Assembly (NCBI RefSeq): GCF_902713615.1
Contig: NC_052158.1
Location: 33,459,990-33,523,989 of the forward strand
Direction of reading: 5' to 3'
Length of the DNA: 64,000 nucleotides
Source of the DNA: Scyliorhinus canicula
Lineage: Eukaryota
The position numbers and the translations under genes were made by a program. Shown in pieces: positions 50,429-63,481 of this stretch (position 1 is the first letter of the stretch; each line of letters starts with the position of its first letter). The notes under the pieces are model-generated. The model was given only the letters and a program-made list of their open reading frames with translations. It ran no database searches and was not told where the DNA came from.

Positions 50429-53400
50429 TATTAGTAAACGTAGATGGGATGATATGGTTTTGCTGAAGCACTGGGACGGGAGGTGAAGCCCATTCGGAAA
50501 ACAGGACAGGCAGACTTATTCGCAGATTTACCAAACTACATAACATTGCTTCCGCATTTTGTCTTAGCTAATAAGTCACTGGCCAGGCCTTGAATGTGTG
50601 TGCTGCTGCCAGGTGGCATCGGTGAAGTTTATGCCTTTCCGTTTTCCACATTCATCTTTAAAAACAATGGTCTATTTCTTCATAAGATCGAGAATTCTAT
50701 TGGGCCTCAAGTATAATATTTCGGACCAGTCTGCTTTTTTGTAGCCAATCTCGGTCAAAGTCCTGGGCCAGTCACCTCTCTGACCATCGAAGGAAGTTGG
50801 AATACCTGATGATGGTAGCTGAATGGAAAAGCCAAAATACCCTTGTCAAAATGTGATATCCGGTTTATCTCATCAGCTGGGTGGACGCTTGCTCCAAAGT
50901 CAACTATTAAACCCTTCACTGAAGTACATGGAGTCCCTAACCTTAGAGGCAACACCTGTGTCCAGTTGCAGCTGCTTGCCATTTAACTGCACCTTCTCGG
51001 CATTCGGCGCCGGTTAACGGCGCTCATCTCATGGGGACCGGTTTTGCCAAGTTGACCAGACAGCAGGTTTGTGATGCTTGGTGCAGAGCGAAGCCAGCAG
51101 GGTACATTCAATTCCCATACTGGTTGAAGTTATTCAGGAATACCCGCCTTCTTAAAATTGTCCCTCGCCTGAGTTGTAGTGATCGATTGGTTAAATCTCT
51201 CCCACGCACAGTCGGAAAAGCACTCTTTGGCCATCTGGAATAATTGCGACTTTACACTTGTAGACTAAAATACGCACCTCATACAGGGATTATGCAGTAG
51301 TTTATACAGTGCCAGTCGACTTGATCAGATTTGCACTCTGCACTGATGCTAATTTTCTGTTGTTATGTATTGCCCAGTCATGTTCCCTCTCTTTAGGCAA
51401 CAGTGGCACTCTATCTCTCCAAATGTGTATTAATTCTCCACACCCAGAGCAAATACCTTATCAACTGAGGCAAGTACGCTTCCTGACATACTGTTTCGCA
51501 GTCAGGAAATTGTGCTTGAGACCTGCCGTGTGACAATCTGTGCTCTACTCAGCGACAGGATTCTGCCTAACATGGTGAACATATGTATATTCTGAAAGTC
51601 GTGGGAATATTTTTTCAACACTCTCCATGGCGGGAGACATTTCTCGTGCTCATGTGAAATCAATGCCTGGTCCAGCAAGCAAATGGTGCTGTGTGGTGTT
51701 GTCAGTCGCGCCACATGCCAATCTGTGCCACAACATATCATTGAAGACATCCCCAAGTCCCCTTAGTCGCTAACATGTTTTAGATTCACCACAAAGGAAG
51801 CCATCGATTCCCATGGACCAAAAACTCTCGTGTCGAACTTGAAGCACTGAAAAATGGCAGACGGTTTTTGACGGAAAATAGGACTTCACAGGTTGTACTA
51901 ACCCGTTGTACAAATTAATACGACTGCATCCAGGACAGTAAGGTTCCCGATAAGGTGATACATGTTATTTGCATCGATGCACAGCAGGATAGCCCTATAT
52001 ATAACCCGTGTCAGTAATTCTATTCGCCATAAAATAGAATCAGAACTTCTTGACACACCGACTTCGGACCTCAGCATCTGCATCGTACAGATTGCCACTC
52101 CAGAACAACCGCATGAAGTCTCCATTTTTGTTATTTTGCGCTTTGGCTTTGCACTTAAGGGCGTTGTCACTTAAACAGCTGAGTCTGCAGCTTGTCAGCT
52201 GTGCGTCTATGCACCAATCAACTGCCCATCCCCTTCCCCCGATCATCCCTGTTATGTACAGGTAGAGTGTCTGTTGAATTCTATTGAATTTCTGATCTTT
52301 GATACTCCAAGGCTTGTGGAGCCGCAACTGCCAGCTCGAGAGCAATGCATCCCGTTCTTTATGTTTCAAGTCAGTTCTCACTTAAAATAAACATCTGTTT
52401 CAATTTGATAGATTTCAGGACAATTATTCTGAACTACATGTGGCTCTAGACCCACATCATTCTGTTGTAAAATGCTCCTAGATTAAGAGCAATTGGGGAT
52501 AGGCAAATCTTCGATGCCGACATACCATGAATAAAGAAACACATGCCGAAATGCTGAACAATGCATCATAGCCATCACACAGTATAAAGGGTGGCACTGC
52601 ACGACCCGTAATGATTGTTGATAAAGCTCTGGTTTTTCATCACTTTATGTCATGCAGGGGTATGAGTTCTTGGAGGACCTTCTGAAGACTAGTGGAAATT
52701 TCATGCTCTCTTCAAGTTTGCTCTTTATTTTAATGCACACGTTCTACAGTACAATGAGTAGATTGTTTCTGAACATTTTTCTTCACTTCGCTTCAAATGT
52801 TATTTTGCTTTCTGCACTTCAATCCAAACATACATAAACTAGTGTGAAGCAATTACATTATTTTCTGCTCCTACTTTGTCTATCTATGTTGTGCATATTA
52901 ACAATAATGGTTCAACATTTTACGCCATAATTTGTTTGCGTTTGCTCCCGTTGTATTTTACTCTCTAGTTTTCACTCTTAGTTTTTATTTTATTTTCATG
53001 CTACTATTGGCATCCGAGCTTGCCCATTTTTATTTTACTCTCATTCTCTCCTGTTCCCCCCCCCCCCCTTCCTTTGTTACCTCAATTTTCCGTTATTATA
53101 TTGTTTATCCTTCATTTCTCAGCTTTTTTTCCCGATGAATTATCTTCCAATACCGTGATTTTGTAAGTGCATTAGAGGCGCAGGTGGGGCGTGGCGTAAT
53201 GATATTGTTCCTTGGGCTGGTTATCCAGAATGGCTACGGAATGTACTCAGCCTGCATTTTGTATCCCACAGCAGACAGTGAACTTTAAATTAAACTAGAA
53301 ATCTGTGATTAGAGGTCCAACGCGCAGTTCATTATTGTCCTATAGAGGGAGCAGAGATGAGTGGGATGACTGAATTCCAGAGGGCTGTACAAACTGCGTC

Positions 53401-53429
53401 AATAAGTCTGTCAATAAGTTACAGACCCA

Positions 53430-53660
53430 TAGGATAGGATTGGATTTGTTTATTGTCACGTGTACCGATGAACAGTGAAAAGCATTTCTCTGCAAGCAGC
53501 TCAACAGATCACTCAGTACATGGAAGTAAAGGGAATTCAACAAAATTCAAGAAAATACCAGAAAATACATGAGAATACATAATAGGGCAACACAAGATAT
53601 ACAATGTAACTACATAAGCATTGGCATCGGTTGAATCATACAGGGTGTAGTGTTAATACA
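53430..53660 (-). mobile_element. 3' tail of a LINE (Rex1/Babar-like, tentative)
   Basis: Reverse complement ends cttttcactg..ggtacacgtgacaataaacaaatccaatcc. Confidence 0.45.
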
Positions 53661-54054
53661 GTATAATACACTTAATATATACAGTTAATACAGTATTCTA
53701 CTTCATAGAAGTTATTACAGTCCATTTTTATGTGTTTTGCCAGATAGCATTCCAATTCTGTTCTCCCTTTATTCATCAGTTTATTGGCCTTCATTTGCTG
53801 TGTTCTAAAAACCTTCCAATCCATACCATTTTGAATAACTTTCTTCGGATTTACCTTTAATCTTGTGCAATACATAACTTACTTCATCATCCATCAGGGG
53901 CTAACTTTGCTTTTGGTTTTCGACCTTGAAGGAATATATAGGTGTAGAAAGTTGAGTTATTACTTTGTGAACAAGGATCATTGCCTGTGAACTGTCATGA
54001 CCTATAACGCCTTTTTCCAATCTAACTCATCGAATTTGTCCCTCATGCCTTCAT

Positions 54055-54284
54055 TTTTTCTTATTTTTATAAATTTAGTGTACCCAATTCATTATTTCCA
54101 ATTAAGGGGCAATTTCGCGTGGCCAATCCACCTAGCCTGCAGATCTTTGGGTTGTGGGGGCGAAACCCACGCAAATTCGGGGAGAATGTGCAAACTCCAC
54201 ACGGAGAGTTACCCAGAACTGGGATCGAACGTGGAACCTCGGCGCACTGAGGCTGCAGGGCTAACCCATTGCGCCTCCGATTCC
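54055..54284 (-). mobile_element. HE1-head SINE with A-rich tail
   Basis: 15-bp TSD CCCTCATGCCTTCAT at 54040-54054 and 54285-54299. Confidence 0.9.
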
Positions 54285-54879
54285 CCCTCATGCCTTCATA
54301 ACTTCCTTCATGTAATTTTAACACCCTGGCTTCAGATTGAACTTGCCCACTTTGAATCACATTGTAAAATTCGACCACACTGTCGTCACTCATCCCGAAA
54401 GGTTATTGTTCTCTTAGTGCGCTTGGTTACTGGGTTACATGGATAGGGTTGACATGTGGGCTTGAGTTAGGTGCTCTTCCCAAGGGTCGGTGCAGACTTG
54501 ATAGGCCGAATGGCCTCCTGTTGCACTGTAAATTCTATATTGAACAGCTAGATTATTAATTAGCCATTTACGTTCTTTCTGTGAGGGAAGAAAAACACTT
54601 GAGCATCCCTTCTTCTTTCATCACGTCTCTCGGTGATATGGATTTTCAGTCTCAGATAAGTTTGTGATCTGGCTACATGAAAATAAAAAAATCAGTGGAT
54701 TGAAAGTATTCTTCGCTTAACAGGTTAGTATTTCGAAGGAAAAATATGTTTCACCGGGAAATATTGGATTGTTGTGTCAAAAAGTCTGCGAGACATGTTT
54801 GTAGTCAATTCATTTGACATCTTATTTAATGTTCTACATTTAGTACGTGTCAGTGATGTCTGAACATCAGAAGGGAGTG

Positions 54880-56271
54880 ATGGAAAACTCAGCAGAGGTA
54901 AATGAATCTCTCACCAATCTTACAGGCGGGTTTGACACTGAAGGAGGGTATCCTTACACCACGGTCGAAGTGGTCTTCGTTGTAATTGTGACAGGAGGTT
55001 TCAGCGTGATGACAATTATTGGAAACATTCTAGTCATTGCTTCTATCACATTAAACAGACAATTGCAAACTATTAATAACTACTTTATTTTCAGCTTGGC
55101 CTGTGCTGATTTAATTATTGGTTTGTTCTCCATGAATCTATACACTGTATACACTGTTACTGGCTACTGGCCGATGGGCACCGTGTTATGCGATTTGTGG
55201 CTTGCTGTAGATTATGTTGCCAGTAGTGCTTCTGGCCTGAACCTGCTGATCATCAGCTTTGACCGCTACTTCTGTGTGACAAAGCCCCTCAGCTATCCCG
55301 TGAAAAGAACAGCGAAAGTGGCAGGGATGATGATCGGAGCAGCTTGGGTGCTGGCATTTTTCCTTTGGGTACCGGCCATTCTCTTCTGGCAGTTCATCGT
55401 AGGAAAGCGAACTGTTGGTGACGGCGAATGTTATGTGCAGTTCCTCTCAAATCAGGCTGTCATTTTTGTCACTGCAATTGCTGCCTTCTATCTTCCTGTT
55501 CTCATCATGGTGATTTTGTATGTGCAAATATCTCGGGCCAGCAGGAGTCGTGTGAAGGAGGATATAAAGGAGACTGAATCAAACAAGTTTACAGTTGTTC
55601 GGAGTCTCGGGCGGAGGAAAAGAATGAAACAGAATAAGAATATACCAAATGGTACCGATAGATTGGCACAGGTCAAAAAGCAAAATGACAAAATAACTGG
55701 GGCAATGACAATTAATACTTGTGGCCACGCAGCTGATAAGGATCTGCCCAATAAGTCAACCTCCGGAAATATGGTCGAATTTAACCAGACAGATGGAGGG
55801 ACAACACAGGGGAGAATAATAAATGTCTGTAATGATGAAAGCCGTTTCAGGACGAATAATTCCGAACTCTCTATCATAACGATAGTTGGCAAATGCCAGA
55901 AAATCGCCGACTGTGACGGTACGGCAAAAATAGCATCAGACATCAATGGCAAGAATGGGAATGCCAGGGAGGTCACAGCACCCACAGTGTTGAAAATAAG
56001 GGGCGCTGTATCCCGAGGAGAAAAAGTTACCCGAACTATCTTGGCTATTCTCCTCGCTTTTATCATCACCTTGAGCCCATACTTCTTCATGGTACTCATT
56101 AGCACCATGTGTTCAATCTGTGTCCCCTACACAGCCTGGACTATTGGATACTGGCTCGTTTACATCAACAGTACCGTCAATCCAGCCTGTTACGCATTGT
56201 GTAATCCCACCTTCAAGAAAACTTTCAAGCATCTTATCCTGTGTCAGTACAAGTCCATCGGTAGAGCATGA
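54880..56271 (+). CDS. CHRM2: Muscarinic acetylcholine receptor M2-like, copy 2, with divergent binding pocket (463 aa; alternative ATG at 54856)
   Basis: Single-exon intact 7TM ORF: [89 protein letters not shown]; a paralog rather than a canonical M2. Confidence 0.93.
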   Translation: MENSAEVNESLTNLTGGFDTEGGYPYTTVEVVFVVIVTGGFSVMTIIGNILVIASITLNRQLQTINNYFIFSLACADLIIGLFSMNLYTVYTVTGYWPMGTVLCDLWLAVDYVASSASGLNLLIISFDRYFCVTKPLSYPVKRTAKVAGMMIGAAWVLAFFLWVPAILFWQFIVGKRTVGDGECYVQFLSNQAVIFVTAIAAFYLPVLIMVILYVQISRASRSRVKEDIKETESNKFTVVRSLGRRKRMKQNKNIPNGTDRLAQVKKQNDKITGAMTINTCGHAADKDLPNKSTSGNMVEFNQTDGGTTQGRIINVCNDESRFRTNNSELSIITIVGKCQKIADCDGTAKIASDINGKNGNAREVTAPTVLKIRGAVSRGEKVTRTILAILLAFIITLSPYFFMVLISTMCSICVPYTAWTIGYWLVYINSTVNPACYALCNPTFKKTFKHLILCQYKSIGRA

Positions 56272-56794
56272 TAGAAACAATGACAAGAAAAATTATGTGA
56301 ACAATTTGTACACATTGATAGTGGCGACTTTCATAATGAGCATCCAAAAATGTATGGAAATAATATTGTCGTTGTGAACATTGTCGATCTCATTGACATC
56401 TATTAAACGTAATATTGGACGCCCATGTGTTCTATTGAATGGATGTGTAATGTGTGGACCGTGGGAGTGCCACTCATTTCCTGAACCCAGTATAGCCCTC
56501 GTTCACACATGGACAAAATGGTTGACCTCACGAGGAAAGCTGTCAGCGTCTGCCCTTAACTTCAAAGCCGCATTTGACACCGAATGTGGCAGCAAAGAGC
56601 CATAGCAAAACTGGCGACACTGGATACCATGGCGGGAGGTGGGGGGGGGGGGGGGGGTATTCGTTTGTTGGAGTCATACAGAGCGCAAAGGAAGTTGTCT
56701 CTGTTGTTGCTAGTCAGTCATCTCAGGAGATCACTGCAGGATTCCCCAGCGACATGGCGGATACAACCATCATCAGCTGTTTCATTCATGAGGC

Positions 56795-57092
56795 CATAAG
56801 ACATAGGACCAAAATTAGGCCATTCGGCCCATCGAGTGTACTCCACCATTCAATCATGGCTAATATGTTTATCATCCCCAATCTCCTGCCTTCTCCCCAT
56901 GGCCCCTGATCCGCTTATTAATCAAGAACTGTCTATCTCCGTCTGAAAGAAACTCAGAGATTTGATCTCCACAGATTTCTACTGCCAAGCGTTCCACAGA
57001 TTCACCACCTTCTGGCTCAAGAAAGTTCTCTTCATCTCTGGTTTAAAGAATAGCCCCTTCAGTCTGAGGCTGTGTCCTCGGATTCTAGCTTA
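56795..57092 (-). mobile_element. CR1 3' end
   Basis: cataagacatagga..aattaggccattcggcccatcgag reverse tail. Confidence 0.8.
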
Positions 57093-57299
57093 ATATCCGA
57101 AGACCCCTCTCTGATGATTTCAAAGTTACAAAGCAAGGAAAAAACGCAAAAGTCACCTCTTCCCACTCTGCACTAGTCCCCCCTCTACTTCAAATTCTCA
57201 AGTTTAAGGATCTCTCTGTCTCTGCCTCCCTCTGGGCGTGGCCTCTCCTGATACGCAAAGCTCAGTAACTCCTTTCCTAATTACCTTATTTCCATCTTA

Positions 57300-58390
57300 G
57301 TGTCAGAATTGGTGATGACCGCAGATGACGGCACCATTAGTTGCTTCTGAAATAATGAAGCAGTCCGTGTCAAAATGCAGCAAGACTAGAAAATATCCAG
57401 ACTTCGGCCGTGAGGCAGGTAACCTTCATGCAACAGAACTGCAATTATCACTTTCAAAAAGTGAGAATCTAATCATTTCCCCTTCACATTTCATTCACAT
57501 AGCCAGAGTCCCCACTCTCAGCATTGTAGGAGTATCCACTCGGGTTTCTCCCTGTGTCTGTGTTGGTTTCCTCCGGGTGCACTGGTTTCCTCCCATAGTC
57601 CAAAGATGCACAGGTTAGGTGGATTGGCCAAGCTAAATAGCCCTTAGTTTCCAAAATGGTTGGGTGGGGTTACTGAGTTACAGTGGCAGGGTGGAGGCGT
57701 GGGCTTGTGTAGGGTGCTTTTTCCACGGACCGGTACAGACTCGATGGGACGAATGACGTCCTTCTACACTGTAAGTTATATGGTTCTATAAGCAGGCTCT
57801 TAAATGTACTGGCCAATAATGTGGCTGCTATAGTAAGTTAGCGTTTATTAATTCTGCCGCAGTAATTCACTTCCTGACTCTAAAAGACCTGTCTGCACTC
57901 TGCAAGGCACAACTCAGGAGTATGATTGAAAACATTTCCCAGGTGATTACAGCTCCAATACTGTGGAATATCGAGAGCAACTAGGGCAAAGCAGTCCGCT
58001 TAATTGACAGTTCTTCCACAAACATTCACTCCCTCCACTGACGCACAGTAGCAGCAATGTGCAATCTGCAAGATGAACTGCGCACAATTACAAAGGCTCC
58101 AAACCCAGAACTACTACCAAATACATGGACAAAGGTAGGTACATGGTAACACCACCAACTGCTTGTTCCCGTTCCAGCCACTCACCATCCTGACATGGAA
58201 ATAATACGCTGATCCGTTACTGTTGATGCGTCAAACCCTTGCAACTCTCTCCCTAACACCGTTGTGGCTGTACTTACACCAGATGGAATTAACGGGTTCA
58301 ACAACGCGTCACGCCACCAGCTTCTCAGGAGCAATGTGTGACAGGCTACAAATGCTGGATAAACCAGCCAGGCACAATTCCTTTGTATGA
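57300..58390 (+). mobile_element. Old non-LTR (CR1/L2 group) remnant continuing from 56440-56790, with an HE1 fragment at 57540-57790
   Basis: Colinear with 26040-26920. Confidence 0.55.
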
Positions 58391-58938
58391 TTAAACATAA
58401 TTCCTACAGAAAGAATGTCCATCCTTGTTTTCGGCATGTGAGCCTTTAAAATCCAACTTACAACTTTCCTTCGGATCCCAGATGCTGTTATATATATAAT
58501 CATAGAATTGTCCACCCTCAGGAAAGGTGGAAGAAATACAGTTCGTCCCCTAATCCACATAATTTGTACAGATTCTTAACAGTTGTGGACCTAACACTGA
58601 TCCTGGTGGTAACCCCACTAGGAACAGCCGTCCATCCTGTGAAAGATAAATGTATTTTTAAGCTCTGGTTTCTGCCTGTTTACCTCTTCTCAATTCACAA
58701 TAGTACAATTCGATATGCTCCATTTGTATTTACTAGCTCCTGTATGGGACTTCATCAAAAGCCTTCTGAAAATCCAATTGCACCACATCCACCGATTCTC
58801 CTTAATCTAAAATACAATAACACTCCTCCGCACCAAAACAAATCTAAATAGTTTGACAAAACTTAATAAAATCTTGTTTACTCTGCCAAATTTTAACATT
58901 GCTTGTTTTTGTAAGTGGCCAGTGATCAAATCATTCAT

Positions 58939-59135
58939 TATTTAAAAAAATAAAAATAAATTTAGAGTAGCCAATTATTTTTTTCCAATTAAGTGGCAAT
59001 TTAGCGTGGCCAATCCACCTAACCTGCACATCTTTGGGTTGTGGGGGTGAGACCCACGCAGACATGGGGAGAATGTGCAAACGCCACACGGACAGTGACG
59101 CAGGGCCGGGATTCGAACCCGGGTCCTCAGCGCCG
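58939..59135 (-). mobile_element. 5'-truncated HE1-head SINE with A-rich tail
   Basis: 19-bp TSD CAGTGATCAAATCATTCAT at 58920-58938 and 59136-59154. Confidence 0.9.
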
Positions 59136-60777
59136 CAGTGATCAAATCATTCATAAAATGTCCTCACGTGCTTCGCTACCACTGAAGTCAAACGAACAGG
59201 ACCCCAGTTCTCCATTACTCCCCTTCCTCCATTCTTAAATGTTGACGTTGCATTGGCTAAGTTCATGTCAACAGACACCTTTCCACAAAGTAAGCCATGT
59301 TGGAAGACAATCACCAATGTGTCCACCTGGAGTACTTACAAAATTGTTCTCTTTTTGAATGGATCAACATGCCATAGAAGAATGCAATGGAGGTTAGCCA
59401 CCATGATTCCAGAGACAGTCGGATTGGTCAATGTGGAGGGCTTGAGGACAATAGGCCACAAATCTCGAGAGTTCAGAAGATTAAAATGATATTTAGATTT
59501 GCAGAAACATTCTCACCGTGCTCGATAACGTATATTGAAGGATATTTCCGATGGCTTGGGGTGTGGGCATCAGAGGAACAGTTTCATAATCAGTGGGAGA
59601 CCATGTCGGACTTAATAGGGATGACTTTCGTCACTCACAGCAAGTGCATTGGAGGTACAGTCGTGGATTATATTAAAGAGAGACAACGATTTCTAGATAT
59701 AAAATATACCAAGGGGTATAGGGATTGCGCAGGAAAAGAACATTGAGGCAGAAGACTAGCCAAAATCAAATTGAATGCAGGAGAAGGCTAGAGGCGCCGA
59801 GTGGCCTGTGCCTCCTTATATGTCCTAGGTTCCATTGAATAGACAGCATCAAAAAAGAAAATGCTGCTGAACTTTTCTTAGCGTTCCTCTTAATACAGTA
59901 ACGGAGATTGGACTTAGGCCCCATCTAAGTAGTTTAACTTCCTCTTTTACTGAACAGTCAATCGCAGTAACATTGTCTATATACATTGTAATTACTACCA
60001 ATGCAAGGTAATTGCAGTGCAAAAGGAAAGAAAAATAAGGCTGGATCCTCCAGTCTGCCAGCCGTGTGCTTCTCTGCGGCCCAAGGATCGCTGCTGATCC
60101 GAGTCTCTCCTCCTACCATTTGCCATGGAGTTCCCATTGATGCCACCCCACACAGACGTGAAACCCGCAGGTAGAGGGGGGCGTACAAAGGAAAAAGAGA
60201 ATCCCACGAACTGAATAATTCAGTCCGTAAATAAAGCCCCGAAGTGGCTAGCCCGGACGAATAACACTGTCACCCACTGATTGCTGAAATGCACTCTTCT
60301 GTGAAATTGAATGGAAGATTTCCATCTCAAATCATGTCTAGGGATTCGAAACATTTGTAGGACTTGTCTTTTGTTGAAGCCCCTGACACTTGTCTGAGCT
60401 GCTGCTTTAAACACATTTGTCTGAGGCAGTAAATGTGAGGGAAGGGTAAGTGAAAAAGTAACCTCATGATTGCGTGCCTTTTGGTTTACCCGCTATTCCA
60501 GTGGTGGGAGGGAGGATGCCCCACCTTGTCAGTGGGGGTGGAGAGGAGCAAAATGCCGCAATACCACGTAGGGTTTCCCGAAGGAATCTTGGTACGATCC
60601 TGCACTGCGTCCAGTTGATAGTAAGCACTTCTGCCACTGTGGTGCAAGAATGGAATATTTGAGGCAAGCGTGCCAAACTCGTTTTGTCCTTCATTCTCCA
60701 TTCTCCACCCATCGAGAATGCTGATCAGAGAGGCGCTCAAAGGAGAATCCACATCCCTACAGGTTATCACTGCTCAA

Positions 60778-60991
60778 GTTTCCTCCCACAGTCCAAAAAT
60801 GTGCGGGTTAGGTGGATTGGCTATGCTAAATTGCCCGTAGTGTCCTAAAAAGTAAGAGTAAGGTTAAGGGTGTTCTTGGGTTACGGGTATAGGGTGGATA
60901 CGTGGGTTTGAGTAGGGTGATCATTGCTCGGCACAACATCGAGGGCCGAAGGGCCTGTTCTGTGCTGTACTGTTCTATGTTCTATGTTCTA
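60778..60991 (+). mobile_element. 5'-truncated HE1 SINE with CR1-type tail
   Basis: Near-identical to the 3' half of 36371-36688; (gttctat)n end. Confidence 0.9.
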
Positions 60992-61696
60992 AGTGTACAT
61001 GAAAGTATTTTAGAACGGAATGAGAGTTTCTACCTCTAGCAAGTGAGTTCTAAACCCCCACTACATGCTGAAGGCAAATAAATGGTCAGAAAATCCGTTC
61101 TAATCTGTCGACAAATTACTTTAAATTCATGCTCCTATTATTGATCTCTCCGCTCAGGGATGTTGATCCTTTCAATCCCATTTAGCTTAGTCCAAAAAAT
61201 GTTTAAATAAATCAATTATGTTACCACTCGAGTCTTCTCTGTTCCAGTGACATTACCAGACGCAGATCCAATTACGCCGGAATAAGGGGCTTTCTTCATT
61301 TTTTCAGATCCCCTATACCCTCTCAAGTATGATCGGATCATTGCGATAATGTAAACAGAGCAGAACTCAGTACTACAGCGGTGTCCTAGTACATCCATTG
61401 AATAGTACTAACGTGGTTCCCCTGCACTGGACTATAGTTCTCATTGGATAATAAACTGTCTGTCTTCTTGGCCCTTGATCTACCTGATCTGCTATCATCA
61501 GCAATTCAGGAGCGCAGCAGTAATGTTCCTGTGTACGTCCGAGTTTCTGAAAATATCACCGGTTGTTATATATTATCTTGCTTCGTGTCTCTCCCAAAAT
61601 CCATTAATTCGTATTTCTATCACGTTGATGAGCAAAGCCAACATGAGTATTAACTGACACGTTGAACATTTGTAAGCAAGTCAGGCTTTTAAAATA

Positions 61697-63195
61697 TAGA
61701 AATAACATAGAACATCGAAAAATACAGTACAGAACAGGCCCTTCAGCCCACCATGATGTGCCAAACCTTTGTCCAAGATTAGTCATAGATTATCATAGAA
61801 TTTGCAGTGCAGAAGGAGGCCACTCGGCCCATCGAGTCTGCACTGGCTCTTGGAAAGAGCGCCCTACCCGAGGTCCACACCTCCACCCTATCCCCATAAC
61901 CCAGTAACCCCACCCAACACTAAGGGCAATTTTGGACACCAAGGGAAATTTATCATGGGCAATCCGCCTAACCTGCACATCTTTGGATTGTGGGAGGAAA
62001 CCAGAGCACCCGGAGGAAACCCACGCGCACACGGGGAGGATGTGCAGATTCCGCACAGACAGCGACACAAGGTGGAATAGAACATGGGACGCTGGAGCTG
62101 TGAAGCAATTGTGCTACCCACAATGTTAACGTGCTGCCCTTAAGAACAAATTCATCTACACTCCATTATTCTACCATAAGCCATTTACCTATCCAATAGC
62201 CGCTTGAAGGTCCCTAATGTTTCCGACTCAACTACTTCCACAGACAGTGCATACCATGCCCCCACTCTGGGTAAAGAACCTGCCTCTGACATCCCCCATA
62301 TATCTCCCACCATTCACCTTAAATTTATGTTCCCTTGTAATGGTTTGTTCCATCCGGGGAAAAATGTCTCTGACTGTCTACTCTATCAATTCCCTTGACC
62401 ATTTTATAAACCTCTATCATTCCGCCCCTCATCCTTCTACGTTCTAATGAGAAAAGGCCTAACACCCTCAACCTTTCCTCGTAAGACCTATTCTCCATTC
62501 CAGTCAACATCCTGGTAAATCTCCTTTGCACATATTCCAAAGCTTCCACATCCTTCCTAAAATGAGGTGACCAGAACTGCACACAGTACTCCAAATGTGG
62601 CCTTACCAAGGTTTTGTACAGCTGCATCATCTCCTCACGGTTCTTAAATTCAATCCCTCTGCTAATGAACGCTAGCAAACCATAGGCCTTCTTCACAGCT
62701 CTATACACTTGAGTGGAAACTTTCAAAGATCTATGAACATAGACCCCAAGATCTCTCTGCTCCTCCACATTGCTAAGAACCCTACCGTTAACCCTGTATT
62801 CCGCATTCATATTTCTCCTTCCAAAATGGACAACCTCACACTTGTCAGGGTTAAACTCCATCTGCCACTTCTCAGCCCAGCTCTGCATCCTATCTATGTC
62901 TCTTTGCAGCCGACAACAGCCCTCCTCACTATCCACAACTCCACCTATCTTCGTTTCGCCTGCAAATTTACTGACCCACCCTTCAACTCCCTCATCCAAG
63001 TCATTAATGAAAATCACAAACAGCAGAGGACCTGGAACTGATGCCTGAGGTACGCCACTGATAACTGGGCACCAGGCTGAATATTTGCCATCCACCACCA
63101 CTCTGACTTCAATTGGTTAACCGGTTCGTTATCCAACTGGCCAAATTCCCCACTATTCCATGCCTCCTTACTTTCTGCATGAGCCTACCATGGGG
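61697..63195 (-). mobile_element. CR1 LINE RT plus tail, with an HE1 SINE (61783-62139, -) inserted in the 3' UTR
   Basis: 258-aa open RT/C-terminal frame (62325-63101): SGVPQASVPGPLLF..SKFAGETK..LVRPHLEYCVQFW. Confidence 0.95.
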
Positions 63196-63481
63196 GAAAA
63201 TGTCGAATACAAATATGTCTGAGCATCCAAGTGATGTAAAATCTAAATCAGTGACTGAGAATCTTCTCTGTCACGCAAACTTGTTCTATGGGACACAACG
63301 TTATCACATCCTTTTCTTTCCAGATAGAGCTATATCGAAAGTGAACACCATCTGACTGTAAACTCCCGTGGCGATAATGTAAACTAAATATCATTCCAGC
63401 AGAACTTACATCTTGTAATTCAGTCGCCAACACTTTTGTGGCTATTCCCCTATTCCAATAATTCACCTGAGGTTGCAACTT

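Noticed and set aside
51960-52250. Possible Gypsy RT remnant (SIRHKIESEL..IATP)
   Set aside because: Resemblance too weak; no YxDD motif or LTRs seen.
55488-56108. 206-aa antisense ORF over M2-like copy 2
   Set aside because: Shadow ORF; the equivalent antisense frame in copy 1 is broken by stops.
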